NCBI GenBank assembly: GCA_963847185.1
Contig: CAWJYV010000007.1
Span: 704,001-768,000, forward strand
Source: an uncultured Methanosarcinaceae archaeon
GTDB lineage: Archaea; Halobacteriota; Methanosarcinia; Methanosarcinales; Methanosarcinaceae
Length of the DNA stretch: 64,000 bases
Direction: 5' to 3'
In this document: positions 47,001 to 55,924 of the stretch, piece after piece
Numbering within the stretch: position 1 is the first letter of the stretch
Layout of the letters: each line of letters begins with the position of its first letter
Position numbers and translations under genes: made by a program
The notes under the pieces: model-generated
Told to the model about the DNA's origin: nothing
What the model saw: the letters and a program-made list of their open reading frames with translations, nothing else
Database searches by the model: none

Positions 47001-47208
47001 CCTGGATGTAAGCTTTACTGACAATAGTAAGGGATCTCCAACATCATGGAAATGGAATTTTGGAGACGGGACGAATTCGATAGAGCAAAATCCTGTCCAT
47101 ACATACAATCAAGAAGGAAAATACAGTGTCAGCTTGACGGTAAACAATCTAAAAGGCAGTAATTCAGTAGCAAGATACAAATACATAACAGTCTCCAAAA
47201 GCAAATGA
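44014..47208 (+). CDS. Secreted surface protein with about 12 PKD repeats
   Basis: Signal peptide and 12 P-x-A-N/D-F...W-x-FGDG...P-x-H-x-Y...G-x-Y-x-V-x-L units. Confidence 0.93.
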   Translation: MKNKEKLDSIGIISIALILLLLTCVLSAAAASNNHEYGDSAVKNKKPVANFSTNVTEGYAPLNVQFMDSSEYATGWNWEFGDGSSDSTNESPAHSYTVPGTYNVNLTVTNEKGTDSKFVTVTVLEKPATVVPVASFNIKVSGYAPLYIQFTSQSENTTGLIWEFGDGSDDSTYTNPTHLYTIPGTYNVSLTSINGTKSTFATITVLEKLGVIFPIANFSSNITEGYTPLSVQFTDLSENATERNWDFENDGTVDSTDRNPIYRYISPGNYTVNLTASNEYGTDSKLVTIIALEQPAIVVPEANFSANVTEGYAPLSVHFTDLSINATERDWEFGDGNNSTDETPFYVYAVPGTYNVSLTVINENGTDSKLITVTVLEKPEPIFPAANFSTNVTSGYAPLNVQFTDKSENAMEVSWDFNSDGSVDSMERDQIYQFEDSGNYTVNLTAINENGTSSNSITITVLEKPEPLLPVANFSTNVTSGYAPLFVQFTDLSENATERNWDIDNDGIADYNNESFSHLYENPGNYTANLTAINGNGTDSKLVTVTVLEKPEPVIPVANFSINITEGYAPLYVQFMDLSQNATGWNWDFGDGINSTEQNPMHTYYVAGNYTVNLTVGNGNGTNSKFAKITASVKPETLVPVVPVANFSTNLTEGYAPLSIQFTDLSKNATGWKWYFGDGTNSTEQNPVHTYNKTGKYTITLTANNAAGSNTIAKYGYINIISDMKIPVADFSVSQTSGSTSLNISFTDNSTGSPKAWKWYFGDGTNSTEQNPVHTYNKTGKYTVSLVVTNPMGANSITKYNHIILANDIKIPVADFSASQTSGSAPQNISFTDNSTGLPTAWKWYFGDGTNSTEQNPVHTYTKAGKYTVTLTVNNMLGTNTVAKYGHINLTNDMRTPEADFSASQISGSAPLNISFTDNSMGLPTAWKWYFGDGTNSTEQNPVHTYNKTGKYTVSLIVSNLMGSNTATKYSYISLINDMDVPVVDFSATPVSGNSPLDVSFTDNSKGSPTSWKWNFGDGTNSIEQNPVHTYNQEGKYSVSLTVNNLKGSNSVARYKYITVSKSK

Positions 47209-47519
47209 GTAACTTAGATGAAAAGCAGTAATAAATGAAAAGCAGTAATAAGTCTAGGCTAAATGGTAGTGTTGAGTTCATAGTTGAATTTAACAAAAAC
47301 CCTTAGCCTTCTTAAGTAATAGTCACCGTTTTAACTTTCCTTCTAATTATTCTGTTTTAATATTCTTGTTGTAGCGGTTAGTTACGTTCAACATTTTCTA
47401 GTTTTATGAAAACTAATTAAGATAAGGGTAAAACTCCCAATCTTAGTTCGTAAATTATAGAAAACTAAATTACTGATCGTCACATTCTGGCAAAAACATA
47501 GTTATGAAGAGGCAAAGAG

Positions 47520-48212
47520 ATGGCTGACGTAAAAATTACCTGGCTTGGACATTCTGCTTTTTTGCTCAAAGCCGAAAAGGAAGTATTGATCGATCCTTTT
47601 ATTTCAGGAAATCCGAAGGCTCCTTGCAGCCCTGAAGATCTGGATCCTGATATCATAGCCGTAACTCACGGACACCGCGACCATCTGGGGGATGCGGTAG
47701 AAATAGGAAAAATGACTGGATGCCGTATTGTTTCCATCCATGAGGTTGCAAATTACATCAAATCAAAAGGCGTTTTTGCGGAGGGCATTAATAAAAGCGG
47801 GACAATCAATATAGAAGGTATAACTTTAACGATGACTGAAGCACTTCACTCATCTTCAATTGATGCTTCCGGCTTCAGATTCGATGGAGGCTGCCCTGCT
47901 GGCTTTGTGATAGGAATTGGAGGACTTTCTATTTATCATGCAGGAGATACGGGTGTTTTTGGGGATATGCAGCTTATTGGCGAACTCTATGAACCTGATA
48001 TAGCCCTTTTGCCGATAGGAGACAGGTTTACCATGGGAATAAAGGAAGCCGTAAAAGCTGTAGAACTCATCCGGCCCAAAATTGTTGTGCCCATGCATTA
48101 CAACACCTTTGATGTGATTAGGCAGGACCCTGAAGAATTCAAAAGAGCCGTGGAAGCAAAAGTCGATACAAAAGTTGTTATTATGAAACCCGGAGAAACC
48201 ATCGAATTTTAA
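47520..48212 (+). CDS. UPF0173 metallo-beta-lactamase-fold hydrolase
   Basis: [34 protein letters not shown]. Confidence 0.92.
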   Translation: MADVKITWLGHSAFLLKAEKEVLIDPFISGNPKAPCSPEDLDPDIIAVTHGHRDHLGDAVEIGKMTGCRIVSIHEVANYIKSKGVFAEGINKSGTINIEGITLTMTEALHSSSIDASGFRFDGGCPAGFVIGIGGLSIYHAGDTGVFGDMQLIGELYEPDIALLPIGDRFTMGIKEAVKAVELIRPKIVVPMHYNTFDVIRQDPEEFKRAVEAKVDTKVVIMKPGETIEF

Positions 48213-48412
48213 TTTCTCATTTCAAGTTCATTTAGTTAAATATAAAAGTAGAAGAGATCAGATAAATCAGAATTACTTAGATGTTACTTTAAACCTCTTC
48301 TTTTTTAAACCTATTCTATTCAGGACTCTAATTTCAGCAATTTTCTGTTCAGGATTCTAATTTTCAGCCCTATTCTCTTAAAAGGCCTTTAATTTTTTTC
48401 ATATCCTGACCC

Positions 48413-50317
48413 TCAGATTCCAAGCTTTTTTCTCTTTTCCATAATGTGCTGTTCTATCCCATCAACTGCTTTTACAGCATCCTTTTCCACATTCAGGATT
48501 CCACCTGTAACTTCACGACAGTCTTCTGTAAGCAGTTTGACCAGATTCGGAGCGCCTGTGACGGTCGGGATAGGATTCACATATGTATAGAGACCGAGAG
48601 CCAGGGCAAATATGGCATCTATTGTAGCTTTCTGCTCCATATACTCAGGAGCTGCAGCAGCAATAGGAAGGTCTGGAACTGGAACACCTCCAAGAGCTCC
48701 GGAAATGGCTCCTAGGAGATCGGCAAGCCTGCCTGTATCGGTGCATGTCCCATAACTGAGCACTGGAGGAACACCAAGGGCTTCGCATACAGCTTTCAGG
48801 CTATCTCCTGCAAATTCTCTGGCTTCAGGAGTACAGAGGCCTGCAACCTGCATGGCCCCATTCCCGCAGCCCATAGACAGGACGAGAATATTTCTTTTGA
48901 TCAGCTCTTTTACCACGGCAACGCTGTGCACGTCCTGTCCATAGTCCCTTAGAGTGGTACAGGAAACCATCCCGACAACTCCTTTAATCGAACCGCTTTT
49001 TATGGCATTAAGGAGTGGGTCAAGGCTGCCTCCCAGAGCCTCAAGGATGCTCTCGCTTGAAAAGCCAACCATTGCTTCTTTCATAGGTAGTTTCAAAACC
49101 GGTTCTACCGAACTTCTCCGTTTTTTGAAATTTTCAATCGCCATATCCAGAAGTTGTGCTGCCTGCTTTTCTGCTTCTACAGGGTTATAGTTAAGGCGTT
49201 CTTCGATGCCTTCGAAGGCCACAAGCTCACTTACAGGCATGAGTTTGAAATTATATTTTTCGGCGTAGAGAGGAGCGACAGGGAGTGAACAGTTCATGTC
49301 TGCGGCAAAGAGGTCCACACTTCCGCTTGCAAGCACCGCTTCCTGGGAAATCCAATTGCCGGTAAATCCATAGAACACATCATCTTCCTCCCATCTCTGG
49401 ATCATCTCCTGTCCAGTTTCGATGTTAGCGATAACCCTCAGGCCTTTTGCCCCTACAGCTTTTGCTTTTTCCTGCCATCCCGATTTTCGGGCAAGCTGAA
49501 CCATGGCAAAGCCGAGGAACGGCTCGTGCCCGTTAGGGAGCACATTTACGAATTCAGGGTCCAGGACTCCAAGATCTACTCTCATATTGTGGGGCTTTGG
49601 AATCCCGAAAAGAATGTCCTGACAATATTCATTTACAATCTGGCTCTGATATCCCATCGCAATTCCCATGCGCATGGCTTTCAGGGCCAGGCTCGAATAA
49701 TACCCATCCACGTTTGTCAGGCAGGAACTTGTAGAAAGCATCATTTCTCCGTAGATCCCACCAGGGAATATTTCCAGCGCTTTCCATTTTTCTTTTCTTT
49801 CGGGAGGAGCAAGGAGCTCAACAATCCGGCTCGGTTCGTAGGCAGGTCTGTTAAAATCCTTTTCTACAAATTCGCACAGGCGAAGAGCAACTTCCGAGTC
49901 GGATCCGTCGGTTTCAATTCCCAACCGCCCTGCAAACGTCCTTAACTTTTCAGGTTCTCTTATAGTATAAGGAGTGCTGCCTCTGGCAGTTTCTCTCAAA
50001 GTCCTGATAGTCTGGTCAGTATGGTAGTGATAAGTCGAAGCTCCCATTACATTTCTGAGGAGCATCATCCTCATTGCCATACCATCGGCAGTGATTCCGC
50101 ATACCCCTCTTTTGTCCTTTGCAGCATCCGAGCGGCAGGGACCGTTGGAACAGAGGTCACAGCGCACCCCTCTCATACAGAACAAACACCTTTTGTCTGG
50201 ATCTCCTCCAAGGCCCTGCGCCTCATAACGGTCCCAGACGTTTGTCATACTGTCTTTTTTTATCCGATCGTACATTTTTTGAACGGAGTCGTGATAAGAT
50301 ATCCTATCTTTGTCCAT
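48413..50317 (-). CDS. cooS: Monofunctional Ni-CODH homolog (CooS) with atypical C-cluster ligand set
   Basis: CDLCSNGPC...GVCG B-cluster; NGH, DMNC, VSC, GCG, GTCTD and QKA; start taken at ATG 50317 (MDKDRIS). Confidence 0.9.
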   Translation of the reverse strand: MDKDRISYHDSVQKMYDRIKKDSMTNVWDRYEAQGLGGDPDKRCLFCMRGVRCDLCSNGPCRSDAAKDKRGVCGITADGMAMRMMLLRNVMGASTYHYHTDQTIRTLRETARGSTPYTIREPEKLRTFAGRLGIETDGSDSEVALRLCEFVEKDFNRPAYEPSRIVELLAPPERKEKWKALEIFPGGIYGEMMLSTSSCLTNVDGYYSSLALKAMRMGIAMGYQSQIVNEYCQDILFGIPKPHNMRVDLGVLDPEFVNVLPNGHEPFLGFAMVQLARKSGWQEKAKAVGAKGLRVIANIETGQEMIQRWEEDDVFYGFTGNWISQEAVLASGSVDLFAADMNCSLPVAPLYAEKYNFKLMPVSELVAFEGIEERLNYNPVEAEKQAAQLLDMAIENFKKRRSSVEPVLKLPMKEAMVGFSSESILEALGGSLDPLLNAIKSGSIKGVVGMVSCTTLRDYGQDVHSVAVVKELIKRNILVLSMGCGNGAMQVAGLCTPEAREFAGDSLKAVCEALGVPPVLSYGTCTDTGRLADLLGAISGALGGVPVPDLPIAAAAPEYMEQKATIDAIFALALGLYTYVNPIPTVTGAPNLVKLLTEDCREVTGGILNVEKDAVKAVDGIEQHIMEKRKKLGI

Positions 50318-50696
50318 TGTTCTAATCCCCCAATACGAATTCCCTTTTCCCGCCTCTCCACGAAATATTTGAAAAGTTCCTTCTGACTTACTCATATGAA
50401 TAGTTTCATTAAACAGATCCACAGCAGTAGGCATTCTTGTAGATGACTATACGTATAAGTAAGCGCAGGAAATATTTACATTTTTAGGATTTACTACGCT
50501 TGAGAAATAAAAAGTCTACAGACAATACAAAAAAAATTAATATTAATACAGAAATACTGGATACAAACGTTTGAAAAAAATTGAACTTGAGAAAACTACC
50601 GATTTCAACTATTAATATTACAAAACAATATAAGAAGTTTCAGTATTGTTAACCTATACGGTTTTATATAATTAACACGAACACATCGGAATTAAC

Positions 50697-51959
50697 ATGA
50701 CTACAAATATAAAAACGATTCCAGTCGCTTACGGAAGCGGGATTTTTGAGCTGAACATTCCTCAAAAAAATATATCCAGTGTTATCCTGCCTTCGGAACC
50801 TGAAATCAGGGAAAAAGGAGCTCTTTTAATAAAAAAAGCGCTTGAGAATCCTGTAAAAAGCAGGAGGCTTTCTGAGATTGTAAACCCCAACTCAAAGGTT
50901 GCAATCATGGTTAGCGATGTTACCAGACCGACACCAACCGCAAAGATTCTTCCTCCTCTTCTTGAGGAACTCTATCTGGGAGGAGCAAAGAAAGAAAATA
51001 TTACCATTGTGTTTGCTCTCGGACTCCACCGTTTACAGACCGAAGAAGAATGCCGACAGCTTGTAGGGAAAGAAATCTTCGAAAGTATAAGGTGCATTCA
51101 GCATGACAGGGAAAGGTGCAGACATATAGGGGAAACGAGTTTTGGGACGCCTGTTGAAGTCTTTGAAGAAGTACTTGACTCGGACCTGATAATAAGTACT
51201 GGAACACTGGAGTTTCACTATTATGCAGGATATGGGGGAGGAGGAAAAGCTATCCTTCCTGGAGTTAGTTCGGAAAAAGCTATAATTTCTTTCCACAGCT
51301 TTTATAGCAAGCTCTTTGAAGGCTCGCCTCTTTCAGGAAGAGTTAACAGTCCGGCAAGACAGAATATAGAAGAAGCTGCAAAGATTGCAGGCCTGACTTT
51401 TATACTCAACGTCGTGATAGACAGCAAAAAAGAGATAGTTGCTGCCGTTGCAGGCGATTTTGTCGAGGCTCACAGGAAAGGAGCAGAGTATGTGGACTCA
51501 ATGTACAAAGTACCTGTAGAACCCGCGGATGCTGTAGTTGTTTCCTGTGGGGGTTACCCAAAAGATATCAATCTCTACCAGGCGACAAAATCCCTTGAAA
51601 ATGCTATTCCTGCCGTAAAAAAGGGAGGTTCAATTATCCTTGTTGCCGAATGTGCTGAAGGAATAGGAAACCAGGTCTATGAACGCTGGAACAGTGAATG
51701 CAGGACTCCCTGTGAAGCGGTAGAGAAGTTCAGGGAATGCTTCGAGTTCGGAGGCCATAAATCCGCTATTGTAGGAAAGGCTGCAAAAGATTTCAAACTT
51801 TATATTGTCTCAAAACTTCCTGAAAAAGAAAGTAAAAACGCCTTTTTCATACCTGCTAAAAGTATAGATGAAGCACTTCAAAAGATCATTTCCGAGAATC
51901 CTGAAGCTAGAATTCATGTTATGCCCAATGGCGGGTGGACCTTGCCTGTAAAAAAATAA
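50697..51959 (+). CDS. LarA-family nickel-pincer racemase/epimerase homolog 1
   Basis: SDVTRP, ALGLHR, FHYYAGYGGGGK, GGYPKDINLYQATK, AECAEG. Confidence 0.9.
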   Translation: MTTNIKTIPVAYGSGIFELNIPQKNISSVILPSEPEIREKGALLIKKALENPVKSRRLSEIVNPNSKVAIMVSDVTRPTPTAKILPPLLEELYLGGAKKENITIVFALGLHRLQTEEECRQLVGKEIFESIRCIQHDRERCRHIGETSFGTPVEVFEEVLDSDLIISTGTLEFHYYAGYGGGGKAILPGVSSEKAIISFHSFYSKLFEGSPLSGRVNSPARQNIEEAAKIAGLTFILNVVIDSKKEIVAAVAGDFVEAHRKGAEYVDSMYKVPVEPADAVVVSCGGYPKDINLYQATKSLENAIPAVKKGGSIILVAECAEGIGNQVYERWNSECRTPCEAVEKFRECFEFGGHKSAIVGKAAKDFKLYIVSKLPEKESKNAFFIPAKSIDEALQKIISENPEARIHVMPNGGWTLPVKK

Positions 51960-52227
51960 AACAAGAATTAAATACAAAGTAATGAATAAAATGTTTATAA
52001 TCAAAAACAGAAAGCTGAAAGCAATCCTGTAAGAAATCGAGCCAGTAAAGTTTAGAGCCATTACATCTGATCCACGCTTGAATAAAGAGACTTAAAGCGC
52101 AGGTTTGAACTGCCTTTAATGAACTGCCTTTAAGTATGTTTTATAATTGTTTATCCCTATATTTTTACTATTAAAGAAAAAAGTATCAAGATAAAAATGG
52201 TATCAAGATGAAACCAACGGCATAAAC

Positions 52228-53487
52228 ATGACTGCAAACACAAAAAAAATACCACTTGCTTTTGGAAATCTGGAACTTGAGCTGGATATCCCTGAGAAAA
52301 ATATATCCAGCATTATCCTTCCTTCGGAACCTGGAATAATGGAGGAAAAAACTCTTCTAATTAAAAAAGCGCTTGAAAATCCTGTAAAAAGCAGGCGACT
52401 TTCTGAGATTGTAACTCCGGCTTCCAGAATTGTAATTATCGTAAGCGACATAACCAGGCCGACTCCGACTGCAAAGATCCTTCCTTCTCTGCTTGAAGAG
52501 CTTTATCTGGGAGGAGCCAAGAATGAAAATATTAAGATTGTGTTTGCTCTCGGGCTCCACCGCCAGCAGACTGAAGAGGAATCAAAAAAACTGGTCGGAG
52601 AGGAAATTTATAGGAAAATCCGATGCATCCAGCATGATATTGGCAGATGCAGATATGTTGGTGTGACTTCTCGAGGCACTCCTATAGAGATATTTGAGGA
52701 GATTCTTGACGCGGACGTAATAATAGGGACAGGCAGCATAGAATTCCATTATTATGCAGGATATAGTGGAGGGGCAAAGTCCGTGCTCCCGGGCGTAAGC
52801 TCGGAAGAAGCAGTGATTACAAACCATAAGATGATGATTGAAGAGAAAGCTGTTTCCGGAAGAGTTGACGGACCTGTTAGACAGGACATGGAAGAAGCCG
52901 CGAAATTTGCTGGTCTTGATTTTATTTTAAATGTGGTACTCGACAGCAAAAAAGAAATAGTTGCTGCCGTTGCCGGGGACTTTATCGAAGCTCACAGGAA
53001 AGGAGCAGGGATTGTAGACTCCATGTACAAGGTGCCCGTAGAGCCAGCAGATGCAGTAATAGTTTCTTGTGGGGGTTTTCCAAAAGATATCAATCTTTTC
53101 CAGGCACACAAAGCTCTTGACAATGCAACTCAGGCCGTAAAGGATGGAGGCTCGATCATCTTAGTGGCCGAATGCGCAGAAGGAATAGGAAATCTGGTAT
53201 ATGAATGCTGGAATCGGGAATGCAAGACTCCTGACGAGGCAATTGAACGTTTCAAGCATTGTTTCGAATTTGGGGGACACAAAAGTGCGATTGTTGCAAA
53301 AGCTTCGAAAAAATTCAAGCTCTACCTGGTATCCAAACTTCCGGAAGAACAAACCAGAGACGCGTTCTTTATTCCTGTGCCAGGCTTAAAAGAAGCCCTT
53401 TCAGCAGTCCTTTCAGAAAATCCTGATGCAAAAATACACCTTATGCCTCACGGAGGGCAGACCCTGCCAGTTAGAAAAGATAACTGA
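52228..53487 (+). CDS. LarA-family nickel-pincer racemase/epimerase homolog 2
   Basis: SDITRP, ALGLHR, FHYYAGYSGGAK, NH, GGFPKDINLFQAHK. Confidence 0.9.
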   Translation: MTANTKKIPLAFGNLELELDIPEKNISSIILPSEPGIMEEKTLLIKKALENPVKSRRLSEIVTPASRIVIIVSDITRPTPTAKILPSLLEELYLGGAKNENIKIVFALGLHRQQTEEESKKLVGEEIYRKIRCIQHDIGRCRYVGVTSRGTPIEIFEEILDADVIIGTGSIEFHYYAGYSGGAKSVLPGVSSEEAVITNHKMMIEEKAVSGRVDGPVRQDMEEAAKFAGLDFILNVVLDSKKEIVAAVAGDFIEAHRKGAGIVDSMYKVPVEPADAVIVSCGGFPKDINLFQAHKALDNATQAVKDGGSIILVAECAEGIGNLVYECWNRECKTPDEAIERFKHCFEFGGHKSAIVAKASKKFKLYLVSKLPEEQTRDAFFIPVPGLKEALSAVLSENPDAKIHLMPHGGQTLPVRKDN

Positions 53488-53629
53488 TCCATATATTCTT
53501 TTTAAGACTATTTCAAGCTTAATATTAAAACTCCTAGAATCATTAACTTTTTAAAAAATGGTAACGGAAAAAGAGAAAAAGAATAAATCAGTCAATTAAA
53601 AAGTAACACTCAGTTAAAAAAGTGCAGGC

Positions 53630-55288
53630 TTAAACGCCTGCTGAATCTGATACGTTGCTTGATACTTTTTCCGAGTTTTCTTCCTGCTCATCTTCAAATC
53701 TGCGCCTGAAAGCCTTTTTGAGGAATTCAGGTGAAAGTTGGGGTGTCATAAAGCTTACCACGACCAGAGCAAGGAGCGAGAGAGGGGTTGCAATCAGGAT
53801 CGGATCTACAACTGTCCAGGTGCCGGAAAATAGAGTTTCTTTGCCGAAAATTGCCTGGCAGATTCCAAGGGGAATTGCTTCTTTTGCATGGACAAAGGTC
53901 AGCCAGAAGAGACTGGTTAAGGATCCTATAACAAGACTTGCAGTTGCTCCGGCTCTTGTTGTACGCTTCCAGAAAAGTGCTCCTATGAACAGGGGCAGGA
54001 AAGCAGCTGTGCACAGGCCCATGAACATGGCAGTAGCTCTGGCGATAATGCTTCCTGGCAGGATATATGCCAGAATAACTGCAACCAGAATAGTAAAGGC
54101 GATTCCTAATTTTGTAACGCGGACAGTTGCCGTGGATTTACCTTTCATAATGCTCTGCTGGTAAACATCATACCCTATGGCTGTTCCCATGGTATGGAAC
54201 TGGGCGGCTGCAGTAGACATTGCGGCTGAAAGCAGGCTTAGCATGAAGAGTGCTACAAACATCTCAGGCATGGCATGGTTCAGGAACGTTGGCATTATAA
54301 GATCGGTGTTTCCGTCCGGCACCATCTGAAGGGCAATTTTGCCTGCAGTCTTATAAAAGTACACGTTGGAAAGGGCGCCTACAACGAATGCGACTCCTGT
54401 CATCATAAGAAGGAAAGGACCACCAACAGCAACTGCTCTTTTCAGGGAGATGTCATTTTTTACAGTCATGAACCTGACTGCAAGCTGAGGCTGTGCAAGT
54501 ACTCCGATTCCTACCCCCATTATAATCGTGGAAACCATTGTCCACCAGATAGGAGAACCGAGCACAGGCATAGAAGTCCATCCCCTGTGTCCCTGAGCTG
54601 CAAGGGCAGGAGGAACAAGGTTTGCCATATTGGTAAGAGTCTGATGGGCTTCAGTAACTCCTCCAAGCATGCTGTAAGTATAGATAAGCAGGAAACCCAT
54701 TCCTAGCAACATGAGAATAGCCTGGAAAGCATCCACATACATGACTGAGAGAAGACCGCCTTTAATCACATAGGATGCAATAATTACTGTGAAGATCAGA
54801 AGAGCAATATTATAGTTAACCCCAAGCGTTGTCTCAAGGAATCTTCCGGATCCTATCATGACGCTTGCAGCGTAAAGGGGCATGAAAACACCGATAAGAA
54901 GCCCGGAATACGCCTGAATGAACTTTGATTGGAACCGTTTCCCTATAAACTCAGGATAGGTTATAGCTCCCAGGTTCAGTCCCATGCGCCTTGTTGGAGG
55001 TCCAAAGACAACGAAAGCGATAAAGATTCCGAAAAAGATATTCAAAAAAGTAAGCCACAAAATCCCCATTCCTAAAGATCCGGCTACTCCTCCGAATCCT
55101 ATGATTGCAGAAGTGCTGATAAACGCAGCTCCGTAAGAAAGAGCCATAATTGCAGGATGCACACCTCGGCCAGCGAGCATATACCCGTCTGTCTGGGAAT
55201 TTTTCTTATAACCCAGATGAGCGATGTAAAAGGTGGCTGCAAGATAAATAATCACAAAAAGGATAAGAGTTGATATACTGATTGTCAT
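53630..55288 (-). CDS. Sodium:solute symporter (SSS) copy 1
   Basis: YMLAGR, FISTSAIIG, GGLLSVMYVD, QPQLAVRF, LSAAMST; ATG 55288 gives 552 aa, matching copy 2. Confidence 0.93.
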   Translation of the reverse strand: MTISISTLILFVIIYLAATFYIAHLGYKKNSQTDGYMLAGRGVHPAIMALSYGAAFISTSAIIGFGGVAGSLGMGILWLTFLNIFFGIFIAFVVFGPPTRRMGLNLGAITYPEFIGKRFQSKFIQAYSGLLIGVFMPLYAASVMIGSGRFLETTLGVNYNIALLIFTVIIASYVIKGGLLSVMYVDAFQAILMLLGMGFLLIYTYSMLGGVTEAHQTLTNMANLVPPALAAQGHRGWTSMPVLGSPIWWTMVSTIIMGVGIGVLAQPQLAVRFMTVKNDISLKRAVAVGGPFLLMMTGVAFVVGALSNVYFYKTAGKIALQMVPDGNTDLIMPTFLNHAMPEMFVALFMLSLLSAAMSTAAAQFHTMGTAIGYDVYQQSIMKGKSTATVRVTKLGIAFTILVAVILAYILPGSIIARATAMFMGLCTAAFLPLFIGALFWKRTTRAGATASLVIGSLTSLFWLTFVHAKEAIPLGICQAIFGKETLFSGTWTVVDPILIATPLSLLALVVVSFMTPQLSPEFLKKAFRRRFEDEQEENSEKVSSNVSDSAGV

Positions 55289-55430
55289 AAAACCATTCCG
55301 AAGTAATTTCAAGACTGTTTTTAATTACTGCCTTTTCCAGTTTTACAAAAAGTTTGATTTAAACAGGATTTTTCAAATCGATCCATTTCATATATGCCAG
55401 TTTAAATCGATCTCATTTAATATATCCAGT

Positions 55431-55586
55431 TTATTCCTGATTCACTGATTTCTGAGCATTGCTTTTTACTGCCTTCTCTTTGTCTTCTCCTGTCCAATGC
55501 AATGCTCCATATACCATGCATCCGAGTGCACTCAATATACTGGCAAGATATGCAAGCCAGATCTGAGGATCATCTATTCCTAACAT
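55431..55586 (-). CDS. SSS small accessory protein copy 1 (51 aa), not in the ORF track
   Basis: MLGIDDPQIWLAYLASILSALGCMVYGALHW...; AAGGTG RBS; lies directly upstream of the symporter. Confidence 0.88.
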   Translation of the reverse strand: MLGIDDPQIWLAYLASILSALGCMVYGALHWTGEDKEKAVKSNAQKSVNQE

Positions 55587-55924
55587 CTACAACACCTTCA
55601 CATATAATCATGATAATTGTTAAATGACAGCATGATACCTGCTAGCATTGTACATTACTTTATTATTATTTAAACATATTGAGTTATGGTTTTATTGAGA
55701 ATCATTCTTAGTTTTTGGTTCTCAAAATTCTCTGTAATTTCTATAAGTGAAATATTAGAAATAGCCATAAGTTAGATAACATATTTCAATAAACATAAAA
55801 CAAGCTTCTCATAATTGAACTTCCGATCATAAAAAAATAGTTCTAAGACTCTTATTGATATTGTGAATAAAAACTGGTTTTGGGGTCATCTAAAACATAA
55901 ATGAGAAATTAAAAAGATGCAGGC

